36,028 bases of DNA from Candidatus Margulisiibacteriota bacterium (GCA_034723395.1 JAYEOW010000035.1:1-36028); one strand, 5' to 3'; positions 9,199-17,771 are shown, counted from the first letter of the stretch. Program-made: numbers and translations. The notes: generated from the letters alone by a model not told the origin.

Positions 9199-9906
9199 AT
9201 GACAAAACCGGGAGGAATTAGTGGAGCTGGCAATGGAATTAACGGGGTTCCTAAAAAAACGTTCAACATGTCCAGCTTTTTCCGTAATAGGCATCAAGTC
9301 CGGGCCCTTCGTCAGGTTTTAAGCAAAGTTTTTGAAAGATCTTCTTCAAAACCAATTCGTATTTGGGTCCCGGGTTGTTCTGATGGAAGAGAACCCTATT
9401 CGATTGCCATGTTGATCAGAGAAAAAGGCTATCATCTTTCAAGAAAAATTGAAATTTTGGCAACAGATGTTGATCCAAAAATTATCATGCTGGCGGCACA
9501 GGGGGTTTACCAGCAGCTGGATGGAAGGAAAGAGGCGGGCGTGTCTGCGGAAGAGGACAAAAACGGGGAATTAATAGCTAGATATCAGGCAAAGTATTTC
9601 AGGCCGGTGCGTGGAGATTTGTTAGCAGTAAAAGATGAAGTTAAAGGGATGGTTCGTTTTCGCGTAGATGATCTGCTTGGATCTCGGGTGGACGGCCAAT
9701 TTGACGTAGTATCTTTTCATAATGTATTGATGCATCTTTCTGATGTAGACAAAGTTGCCGTAGTGGACGTTCTTATGGGCAAGATCGATCATGGTGGTTT
9801 TCTGGTTACAAATGATGCGATTTTTAAAGTATTTAATAATTTATCCCGCCTTCCGGTTGAGGAGAATGCATACGGATATTCCGCTTATCAATTGAAATCA
9901 AAGTAA
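9199..9906 (+). CDS. Orphan CheR-like SAM-dependent methyltransferase (catalytic domain only, short Gly-rich N-terminus)
   Basis: SSFFR, IRIWVPGCSDGREPYSIAM, ILATDVD, GVY and FDVVSFHNVLMHL match CheR C-terminal motifs; SD favours ATG 9199 over 9172. Confidence 0.8.
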   Translation: MTKPGGISGAGNGINGVPKKTFNMSSFFRNRHQVRALRQVLSKVFERSSSKPIRIWVPGCSDGREPYSIAMLIREKGYHLSRKIEILATDVDPKIIMLAAQGVYQQLDGRKEAGVSAEEDKNGELIARYQAKYFRPVRGDLLAVKDEVKGMVRFRVDDLLGSRVDGQFDVVSFHNVLMHLSDVDKVAVVDVLMGKIDHGGFLVTNDAIFKVFNNLSRLPVEENAYGYSAYQLKSK

Positions 9907-9932
9907 TAATCCTGCTTAATTTCCCCCAAACC

Positions 9933-9960
9933 TGAAATTTCCCCTTAATCCTGCCGAAAA
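9933..9960 (+). promoter_or_regulatory. Putative alternative-sigma (sigma-28-like) promoter, copy 3
   Basis: TGAAAT-ttccccttaatcctgc(16)-CGAAAA (GCCGAAAA), upstream of GGAGG (9968-9972) and ATG 9985. Confidence 0.7.
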
Positions 9961-9984
9961 TAGAGATGGAGGGGTGTTATATTA

Positions 9985-12180
9985 ATGGTTAGTTATGCAT
10001 TAATACGAGTAGGTCCGGTTAGATATTCGAGGCCGGATACAATTTACATGAAACCTTCAAGGGCTCGCCGGCAAGTGAAAAAGCTGGCCGATATGCCGAG
10101 GCTTTCTTCAAAAGGTTCACCTATTATCGGGTCAAAAAAAGTGCTTATTACTCCTTCTGTTTATTTGGATACTACTCCTCCTGCTAATTATGCCGACCGT
10201 CTGAAAAAATTGAGGTGCTATGGGCCAATGCTGGAAAAAGCGGTCGTACTGGCCTGGAACGCGCATAAGAAAATATTCCGAAAAAGCGGAGATCTATATT
10301 TCGAGCATTTGGTTTCAGTCGTAGAACTTGCGGACGCGTATGGTTTAAAGGGAGAAGCGGTGGCGGCGGCTATCTGCCACGATCTTATCGAAGATACAAA
10401 TGTCACAAAAAAGATGATCGCGGAGCTGCTTGGCGGAAGGGTCGCTAAAATAGTTTATGGAGTTACGGAATTTGGCAAGGAACATGGATTTGAGGGGACA
10501 GCCCCAACCGAGCTGGATAAGCTTTCAAAGCGGGCAAAATCCGGCGCCGAGGAGCCGGCAATTATTTTGATTACTATTTTCGATCGACTGCACAATATGC
10601 GCACCTTGGAACATATGGGAAAAGAGGCTCAGCGTTTGAAAGCCGAAGAGACACAGAATTTCCATGCTAAAATCGCGGACCGGTTGGGGATGTGGGAGAT
10701 CAAGCGCGAAATGGAAGATCTGGCCTTTAAATATCTTGAACCTGAAAAATATAATCAAATAAACGATAGATTAGATCTGCTTGAATCCCAAAGCAGGGAA
10801 CAATTGGACGGCATATTAGGGAAAATGCGCAGTTATTTAGATTCCACCGGCTTACATTGCGATTTTGTCGTTGAACGCCGGCACATTTATGAAACTTACC
10901 AAAGGATGCAGCGGAGGGGGATCGACCGTATAGAAAATATTTTAGCAATTGATATTTGGCGGATAAACCTGGTTGTTCCCGAAGAGGCAGATTGTCATAT
11001 TATATCCGGAAAGATAGAGAACCTGTATCCGCCAGTACAGGATGAAAGATTTAATTTTATTGCAGAACCACGACCGAACGGTCACCAGTTCCTTCATTCT
11101 TATTTAAAGGTCCCGGAATTTGGCAATCTGTTAGTCCAAATCCGCAGCAAGAAGATGCAGAGAAATCATAAGCTGGGCGTTCTTTCCGAAGGGAAAGATG
11201 TATATGAATTTCAGTACGCCTGGTTAGATATTATGGTCGATATTATACAGGAAAAGGGGGTTACCGAAGCCAGTGCCTTGCACAGAATTCAGCATTTTAG
11301 CGCCCCAATTATTGTCTATACCCCTGAGGGAAGGCTGATCGAGCTCCCATTTGGCGCCACTCCAATTGACGCGGCATATTATATCCATAGTGATATGCTT
11401 ATTAATACGGTTGGCGCGGAAATCGAAAGGAGGCCGGCCTCCCTTTTCCAAAGGTTAAAGCACGGGCAAACGGTTAGGATCTTTACCGATCCAAAGTCCC
11501 GGCCGTCGATAAGCTGGCTCGACCACGCCCGCTCCCCGAAGACACGCAACCGATTGCGGAAATATTTTAGGAGCCAGGTAAAAGATGTCCAAAAAACGAA
11601 TGGGAGAGAGGCCCTTGACAAGGCTTTAACGGAAGGAAAATTTTTTGTTAACGCCGACATGTTAATCGGGACATCCTTATTTAAAAAGTATGTTTCTGTT
11701 AGATATGGGAGAAGATATAAATCTGAAGAATTCCTTAGGCGTATTGGCAAGGGCGAGATAAAGGCGAGGGATGTGGTTAAGGGGGTAAACGATTATTACC
11801 TTGAAGTCTTAGGGAATTATGAAAGTAGGCATTCGAAATTACAGCCTTACTACATATCCATTAAGGCCGAAAATAAAAAGGGCCTTATAAGAAAATTGGC
11901 CCAGCGTTTCGAAGATGTCGGATATGATAAAAAAGGCTATGATCTGGGGGATATTTTAACTGTTTTTCCTAAGAACGAACCGGGCATGGTAATCCTGGCT
12001 ATCGGCCCAAAGGTGTTTGGCGGCCAGCGCGGGGGCGGGATGATCGGACAGATCCAACGAAAGCAAATTATAGCTATTGCAGAATCGTTCAGGGAAGCAA
12101 TAGAAGTGAAGCTATTAAGTGAAAAAGAGAGGTCAGAACTCTGGCAATTAAAAGCAGAAGAGATGTTGACCCTTACTTAG
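9985..12180 (+). CDS. Divergent long RelA/SpoT homolog: HD hydrolase, degenerate synthetase, TGS, ACT-like; ~60-aa N-terminal extension
   Basis: AH..RKSG..Y..H, HDLIEDT and DRLHNMRTL intact; synthetase motifs altered (NFI..GHQFLH, LVQIRS); TGS motif YTPEG..LPFGATPIDAAYYIHS. Confidence 0.85.
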   Translation: MVSYALIRVGPVRYSRPDTIYMKPSRARRQVKKLADMPRLSSKGSPIIGSKKVLITPSVYLDTTPPANYADRLKKLRCYGPMLEKAVVLAWNAHKKIFRKSGDLYFEHLVSVVELADAYGLKGEAVAAAICHDLIEDTNVTKKMIAELLGGRVAKIVYGVTEFGKEHGFEGTAPTELDKLSKRAKSGAEEPAIILITIFDRLHNMRTLEHMGKEAQRLKAEETQNFHAKIADRLGMWEIKREMEDLAFKYLEPEKYNQINDRLDLLESQSREQLDGILGKMRSYLDSTGLHCDFVVERRHIYETYQRMQRRGIDRIENILAIDIWRINLVVPEEADCHIISGKIENLYPPVQDERFNFIAEPRPNGHQFLHSYLKVPEFGNLLVQIRSKKMQRNHKLGVLSEGKDVYEFQYAWLDIMVDIIQEKGVTEASALHRIQHFSAPIIVYTPEGRLIELPFGATPIDAAYYIHSDMLINTVGAEIERRPASLFQRLKHGQTVRIFTDPKSRPSISWLDHARSPKTRNRLRKYFRSQVKDVQKTNGREALDKALTEGKFFVNADMLIGTSLFKKYVSVRYGRRYKSEEFLRRIGKGEIKARDVVKGVNDYYLEVLGNYESRHSKLQPYYISIKAENKKGLIRKLAQRFEDVGYDKKGYDLGDILTVFPKNEPGMVILAIGPKVFGGQRGGGMIGQIQRKQIIAIAESFREAIEVKLLSEKERSELWQLKAEEMLTLT

Positions 12181-14866
12181 CCTCGGCCCAATTTTTTCCG
12201 ATCCCCACATCAACTTTTATCGGAACATCCAGTTTGATTGCATTGATCATCTCATCTTCAACGATTTTTTTGATCTTTTCCACTTCACCTTTCGGGCACT
12301 CGAAAACTAATTCGTCATGGACCTGAATGATCATGTGAGATTTGTTAAGCAATCTGGCCATGGCGATCTTGATCATGTCGGCTGCAGTTCCCTGTACAGG
12401 AGTATTGATCGCGGTCCTTTCAGAGAACGATCGCAGGCCCTGGTTTGGACTGTTTATGTCGGGGATCGGACGCTTCCGTCCTAATAATGTAGAGACGTAA
12501 CCATCTTCCCGCGCTTTTGCGATCGTCTTATCAATAAATTCTTTTACTCCCGTATGTTTGGCGAAATATTTATTGATAAAATCGGCCGCTTCGGTCCTTT
12601 TGATCTTTAATTGTTTAGCTAAACCAAAATCAGAGATGCCGTAGATGATACCAAAGTTAACTGTTTTTGCCGAAGAACGCATTTCATCGGTCACCTCTGA
12701 TTCCGGCACCCCATAGACCTGGGCGGCGGTTGAACGATGAATATCTTTACCCTCTTTAAATGCCTCAATTAATGCCTTATCTTTACTCAGGTGAGCAAGG
12801 ACCCGGAGTTCGATCTGTGAATAATCAGCGGCCAACAGCACCCAATCCTTTTTATCGGGGATAAAAGCCGATCGGATCAGCTTTCCCCACTCGCCGCGTA
12901 CCGGGATGTTTTGCAGGTTAGGCTTTGAGCTCGAAAGCCTCCCGGTCGCAGTTATCGTCTGGTTAAATGAGGTATGGATCCTCCCCGTTTTAGGATTGAT
13001 CAGGGTAGGGAAGACATCGACAAAGGTCGATTTTAATTTGGTAAGGGAGCGGTATTCGATCAGTTTTTCGGCGATCTCAATTTTTTTCGATGCCAATTCC
13101 TCCAAAACTTCGATATTAGTCGATGGCCCGGTCTTGGTCCTTTTAATTACCGGGATCTGGAGTTTGTTGAACAGGATATTTGCCAGCTGCTTGGGGGAGT
13201 TTATGTTAAAAGTTTCTCCCGCAATGCAAAAAATGTGCTTTTCCAGGTCCTTTAGCTTTACATCCATTTCTTTCGACATCCTGGCCAGGAGCTTTTTATC
13301 GATAGATATCCCGTTGTATTCCATTTCGATCAAGGTTTCGATCAGCGGCATCTCAATTTCATAAAAAAGTTTATTCAATTTCTGTGCTTTAAGGGCAAGT
13401 TTAAATATCTCATAGAGGCTAAAAGTTACGTCGGCATCCGAACAAGCGTAATCGGTTGCAATATCTACCGGAACCTGTGAAAAGTCTTCGTATTCTGTAT
13501 CTTTCCCGATTAACTCCATAAGTTTTATCATATCGCGCCCGAGGAACTGTTTTCCAAGCTTCTTGAGCGAATATTTACCAGACGTTGGATCGAGCAGGTA
13601 AGCGGCGACCATGGTGTCAAACAGCGGTCCCTTGACTTCGATCCCATTCGATTTTAGAACCTCAATATCATATTTGATGTTGTGGCCGATCTTTAATTTG
13701 TCGGAGGTAAAAAGCGGCTGCAGTTTTTCAAGCGATCCTTTTAACTGTTCCATCCCTTTGTGTCCTACGGGGAGATAGTAGGCCGATTTAGGCTCAATCG
13801 AGAAGGAGATACCGACAATTTTAGCTTCGAAGGTGTTGAGACTGGTGGTTTCGAGGTCAAAAGCAAAACCCTCTGACTTATTAAGGAGATCGACCAGCTG
13901 CTTAAGGTCTTTTTCTGTTTTGATGCAATTAAAATCGAACTTCGAGATCTCCTCCCGTTTCTTTTCGATCACCGCTTCACTCTGAAATTCATCCAGCGCA
14001 GGCCCGTATTTCTTGATCAGCCGGTCAAAATCGAATTTTTCAAAGAGCGGGATCACCTTTTGCCAATCGATCGCCCCTCTTTTACACTTCTTCCAGTCGA
14101 TATCGATCGGCACATCGGTAACGATCGTTCCCAGCTTTTTGCTCATCTCCGCCAGGTGGACGTTATTCTTAAGGGTTTTTTTTAATGCCTTCTTTTTGAT
14201 CTTTTCAACGTTTAAAAGGATATTTTCAAGTGTTCCGTACTCTTTTAGGAGCTCAGTCGCGGTCTTTTCGCCGACTTTTGGTACGCCGGGGATATTATCA
14301 GATGAATCACCTTTTAACGCTTTATAGTCGATCAATTGTTTGGGGGTGAGCCCAAATTTCTCCTTAACTTCTTCTTCTCCGAATAAAACAGTATCGGTGA
14401 TCCCTTTCCGGGTATACATGACTTTGATCTTTTTATCGACTAATTGGAGAGGATCGCGATCCCCGCTAAGGATAACAACATCGTGCCCTTGTTTTTCAGC
14501 CGCTTTGGCCAGTGTTCCTATAACATCATCAGCTTCGTAGCCGGAAACTTCATAGATCGGAATATCAAATGCTCCAGCTATCTCTTTAACGTAAGGGAGT
14601 TGCTCATGCAGGGTAGGAGGAGCCTTATCGCGGGTCGCTTTATATGCCTTGTATGCTTTATGCCTAAAGGTTGGTTCTGGAAGGTCAAACGAGATCGCTA
14701 CCGAATCCGGCTTTTCATCCAGGATCTTAAGCAACATGGTGGTAAATCCGTAGATCGCGTTGGTAGTAATGCCGGAGGAAGCGCGCATCGTGTCGGGCAG
14801 GGCGTAGAAAGCTCGATAAGCGAGGCTATTTCCGTCGATTAAATATATTGTATTAGGATTTTTCAC
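12173..14866 (-). CDS. polA: DNA polymerase I
   Basis: 5' nuclease LIDGNSLAYRAFYA; 3'-5' exonuclease FDLETT, HNIKYD and YACSDAD; polymerase ADYSQIELR, AKTVNFGIIYG and QVHDEL. Confidence 0.98.
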   Translation of the reverse strand: MKNPNTIYLIDGNSLAYRAFYALPDTMRASSGITTNAIYGFTTMLLKILDEKPDSVAISFDLPEPTFRHKAYKAYKATRDKAPPTLHEQLPYVKEIAGAFDIPIYEVSGYEADDVIGTLAKAAEKQGHDVVILSGDRDPLQLVDKKIKVMYTRKGITDTVLFGEEEVKEKFGLTPKQLIDYKALKGDSSDNIPGVPKVGEKTATELLKEYGTLENILLNVEKIKKKALKKTLKNNVHLAEMSKKLGTIVTDVPIDIDWKKCKRGAIDWQKVIPLFEKFDFDRLIKKYGPALDEFQSEAVIEKKREEISKFDFNCIKTEKDLKQLVDLLNKSEGFAFDLETTSLNTFEAKIVGISFSIEPKSAYYLPVGHKGMEQLKGSLEKLQPLFTSDKLKIGHNIKYDIEVLKSNGIEVKGPLFDTMVAAYLLDPTSGKYSLKKLGKQFLGRDMIKLMELIGKDTEYEDFSQVPVDIATDYACSDADVTFSLYEIFKLALKAQKLNKLFYEIEMPLIETLIEMEYNGISIDKKLLARMSKEMDVKLKDLEKHIFCIAGETFNINSPKQLANILFNKLQIPVIKRTKTGPSTNIEVLEELASKKIEIAEKLIEYRSLTKLKSTFVDVFPTLINPKTGRIHTSFNQTITATGRLSSSKPNLQNIPVRGEWGKLIRSAFIPDKKDWVLLAADYSQIELRVLAHLSKDKALIEAFKEGKDIHRSTAAQVYGVPESEVTDEMRSSAKTVNFGIIYGISDFGLAKQLKIKRTEAADFINKYFAKHTGVKEFIDKTIAKAREDGYVSTLLGRKRPIPDINSPNQGLRSFSERTAINTPVQGTAADMIKIAMARLLNKSHMIIQVHDELVFECPKGEVEKIKKIVEDEMINAIKLDVPIKVDVGIGKNWAEAK

Positions 14867-15452
14867 CTAATTGATAACGGGTAAATCTCCGGATCACGAT
14901 ATTTTCACCGATCTTGGCAACTAAAGCAGCCAGCAGGTCTTTGATCGAGATCTTAGTGTCTTTAATAAAGGGTTGTTCGAGCAGGCATATCTCAGAATAG
15001 AATTTTTCGAGCCTGCCGGCAACGATCTTTTCGACCGCTTTTTCCGGTTTTCCCTCTTCCTTGGCCTGGGTCTCTAAAATATCCGCTTCATGTTTAACAA
15101 TGCTGTCTGGAACCTCATCTTTGGTTACGTACGACGGGTTAGATGCCGCGATCTGCATTGCGATATCCTTAACGAAGGCCTGGAATTCGATATTTTTGGC
15201 AACAAAATCGGACTCACAGTTAACTTCTACCAAAACACCGATCTTTCCGCCGAGATGGACATAAGAATCGATTAGGCCTTGAGCCGCAGTTCTCCCCGCC
15301 CGTCTGGCAGCCGCAGCTAATCCCTTTTTCCTAAGGATCTCCATCGCTTTTTCGCTGTCGCCATCGGCATCTTTTAATGCCTTTTTGCAATCCATCATCC
15401 CGCAGCCGGTCTTTTCTCTTAATGCCTTAATTATATCAACTGTGATTTCCAT
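14853..15452 (-). CDS. tsf: Elongation factor Ts (short form)
   Basis: LREKTGCGMMDCKKAL and EVNCESDFVA motifs. Confidence 0.98.
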   Translation of the reverse strand: MEITVDIIKALREKTGCGMMDCKKALKDADGDSEKAMEILRKKGLAAAARRAGRTAAQGLIDSYVHLGGKIGVLVEVNCESDFVAKNIEFQAFVKDIAMQIAASNPSYVTKDEVPDSIVKHEADILETQAKEEGKPEKAVEKIVAGRLEKFYSEICLLEQPFIKDTKISIKDLLAALVAKIGENIVIRRFTRYQLGEKS

Positions 15453-16354
15453 TAAAATCCTGTCCTTTTCTCTTCCTCTTTTTTCTCTTTTACCTCAACC
15501 AATACCGTTTCTTCGATCCTTGCCTCATCAAAAACGGCCTTGGCCTCGTCTGCTACTTTAGTAGATACATTTTCTTTTTTCTCTTTGTCTTCTTTAACTT
15601 CTCCCGTTTTAGTTTCGGGAGTTTCTTCCAGCGGAACAGCGATCTCCTCGGTCCGCTCTTCCAGAGGTTTGGATATTTCTCTGCCAGCGATGACCGCTTC
15701 GGCCATTAGACCGGTCAATAACTTGATCGATCGGATGGCGTCATCATTTCCGGGGATTGGGTAATCGACTTCGTCCGGATCGGCGTTTGTATCAACGATC
15801 GCGACAATCGGGATCTTTAACCTTCTTGCTTCGTTTAAGGCGGTCTGCTCTTTTTTACTGTCAACTATAAATACTGCGGAAGGGAGGTCGGTCATCTCGC
15901 GGATGCCGCTCAATCCCCTGACCAGTTTGCGATACTCGCGTTCGATCTTAATAACCTCTTTTTTAGGTAATTTTTCAAAGGTCCCATCCTCTTTCATCCG
16001 CTCGATGTCTTTCATCCGGGTGATATTCTTCTTTAAGGTCTTGAAGTTGGTCAGTGATCCGCCGACCCAGCGCTGGTTAACAAAGAACATCCCACAGCGT
16101 TTGGCTTCTTGCTCAATCGCTTCCTGAGCCTGCTTCTTGGTCCCGATAAAAAGGACCGAACCATTATTAGCGACCGCGTTTTTAATAAATTCGTATGCTT
16201 TATCGACCAGGGGGATAGATTTGTGGAGATCGATAACATGGATATCGTTCCTCGCGGAATAGATATATCTTTTCATTTTTGGGTTCCAGCGTTTGCTCTG
16301 GTGCCCAAAGTGGACTCCTGCTTCAAGGAGCTCTTTCATTGTTACTACTGGCAT
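15452..16354 (-). CDS. rpsB: 30S ribosomal protein S2 with acidic C-terminal tail
   Basis: [21 protein letters not shown] and PGNDDAIRS motifs; SD AAGGAGG. Confidence 0.99.
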   Translation of the reverse strand: MPVVTMKELLEAGVHFGHQSKRWNPKMKRYIYSARNDIHVIDLHKSIPLVDKAYEFIKNAVANNGSVLFIGTKKQAQEAIEQEAKRCGMFFVNQRWVGGSLTNFKTLKKNITRMKDIERMKEDGTFEKLPKKEVIKIEREYRKLVRGLSGIREMTDLPSAVFIVDSKKEQTALNEARRLKIPIVAIVDTNADPDEVDYPIPGNDDAIRSIKLLTGLMAEAVIAGREISKPLEERTEEIAVPLEETPETKTGEVKEDKEKKENVSTKVADEAKAVFDEARIEETVLVEVKEKKEEEKRTGF

Positions 16355-16377
16355 TGATTTCCTCCTTAATTAAAATA

Positions 16378-16447
16378 TGCCCCGAGCGAACGTATGCTAG
16401 GTCTAGGGCAGAACCGCCATTCTAGCACGAGAAGAGGGGATTTGCAA
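16378..16447 (-). promoter_or_regulatory. rpsB promoter and structured 5' leader
   Basis: TTGCAA (16447-16442), 17 nt, TGC-TAGAAT (-10 at 16424-16419), GC-rich discriminator GGCGG, leader hairpin closed by TGCCC/GGGCA (16378-16410). Confidence 0.75.
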
Positions 16448-16449
16448 TA

Positions 16450-17439
16450 TTATTTCATGCTGAGGAAAGTGTCGGGGAGCCCTTCCGGTGGCCATCCCCG
16501 CTCATCAAAGGAGAGTGAAAAATAGTGGGTTTCATCACTGGTTTCCCCATAAGGATGAAAGGCGTAGTGGAATCCGACTCCGGCAAAACGGAAGCTGAAT
16601 CCCATTGTTCCTGCGCTCTCTTCGATTCCACCCCGCAAAGTAAATCCAGGGGTAGGGGAGAATTCTGCTCCGATATGGGTTGCCATTGGTTCGGAAGATT
16701 CCAGGCTTAGATCGGCATCAACCACCAGGGAGAGTTCGATCGGGGAGAACCGGGCAGAACGGAATTTTTCTCCCAGGAGATACATTCTGGCGCCAACTTT
16801 TATAATTTTAGGCAGCGTCTCTTCTTCCCCGCTTTTATAGCGGATCTTGTTAGAACTTAATATATTCTTTCCTACTGCGCCGATCGAGAGAAAACCCAAT
16901 CCCCGCTGCAGCAGTCCGATATCGAGGTTTGCTCCGGTCCCATCCCCAGCGTTGACATTGGTCCCGTCTTGTTTAAAGTATTTAAGGTTTATTCCGAGCG
17001 ATAATTTGTCGGTCAATTTTCTTCCATATGAAGCGAAGATGACTGCATTCTCAAATCCTGCATGATTGATCAAGGTCCCACTGGTATCTCGAATTTCGAT
17101 CCCGGCAATTCTGGCAGCTGCATAACCGAAACCAATCGCCCCTTTGCCGCCAATCGGGTAGACTGCACCGAAGACAGAATAACCTACATCCTCTAGAAGT
17201 GTCCCCGACATACTGGTGAATTGGAAGGCGTCGATCTCCCCCAAGCCGGCGGGATTCGTAAATATGGTATCGCCATCTTCTGCTACGGCAACGTAGGCTT
17301 TTCCCATGCCTAGAGCCCTTGCGCCGACGCCGATGGCTAATGGGTCGAAGGTTGTTTGAGCCGCTGCGGAATGACAAAATCCAAATGACAAAATCCAAAT
17401 AAATGACAAAATCCAAATCATTTTTTTTCGATTTGTCAT
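16450..17439 (-). CDS. PorV/PorQ-like outer-membrane beta-barrel protein
   Basis: Signal peptide ending AAA-Q; IGVGARALGMGKAYVAVAED..IFTNPAGL signature; amphipathic beta-strands. Confidence 0.8.
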   Translation of the reverse strand: MTNRKKMIWILSFIWILSFGFCHSAAAQTTFDPLAIGVGARALGMGKAYVAVAEDGDTIFTNPAGLGEIDAFQFTSMSGTLLEDVGYSVFGAVYPIGGKGAIGFGYAAARIAGIEIRDTSGTLINHAGFENAVIFASYGRKLTDKLSLGINLKYFKQDGTNVNAGDGTGANLDIGLLQRGLGFLSIGAVGKNILSSNKIRYKSGEEETLPKIIKVGARMYLLGEKFRSARFSPIELSLVVDADLSLESSEPMATHIGAEFSPTPGFTLRGGIEESAGTMGFSFRFAGVGFHYAFHPYGETSDETHYFSLSFDERGWPPEGLPDTFLSMK

Positions 17440-17440
17440 T
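17370..17440. repeat. Three copies of AATGACAAAATCCA plus a partial inverted copy within the signal-peptide coding region
   Basis: Copies start at 17370, 17384 and 17402; TTTGTCATT at 17432-17440; encodes IWILSF-IWILSF. Confidence 0.8.
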
Positions 17441-17765
17441 TATTAATGACCCATATCTTCCCTTTTCCAATTCTATTCCTTGAGTTCTCGATTAATTGGT
17501 AAAGATAGATACTGTTCCCGACTAACTGGTTTTGATTGCTGTAGCCATCCCAGGAGGTTCGGTTGATCGCCCCGCCTTGAAGGTTAAACGCGATCCTTTG
17601 GACCAATCGCGCTGACATATCATATATATACAGGAAGGCTTCAGAGGTTTCGGTGGGGGTGCATTCAAAGGTGGTTATATCTCCGCCTTTGGGATTAAAG
17701 GGGTTTGGATAATTTATGATGGTTGCGGCAAGGAGCAGAACTAGGAGCCAGCTGAGTGATCTCAT
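17436..17765 (-). CDS. Small secreted protein made of a single T9SS type-A sorting/FlgD-Ig-like domain
   Basis: Hydrophobic N-terminus, then NYPNPFNP, IYDMSARLV, WDG, IYLY and C-terminal GKIWVINK; ATGA-coupled to the PorV-like gene. Confidence 0.75.
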   Translation of the reverse strand: MRSLSWLLVLLLAATIINYPNPFNPKGGDITTFECTPTETSEAFLYIYDMSARLVQRIAFNLQGGAINRTSWDGYSNQNQLVGNSIYLYQLIENSRNRIGKGKIWVINK

Positions 17766-17771
17766 AATAGT

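Noticed and set aside
9199..12180. CheR-like/RSH pair considered as a mobile island or toxic small alarmone synthetase TA module
   Set aside because: No integrase, transposase or flanking repeats; the RSH is long with a degenerate synthetase, and each gene has its own promoter motif.
13983..14010. TGAAAT-N16-CGTATT resembling the alternative promoter
   Set aside because: It is inside polA on the antisense strand, mismatches both boxes and has no credible downstream gene.
17370..17418. Direct repeats considered as a mini-CRISPR
   Set aside because: Units are 14 nt with 0-4 nt between them; there are no spacers and no cas genes.
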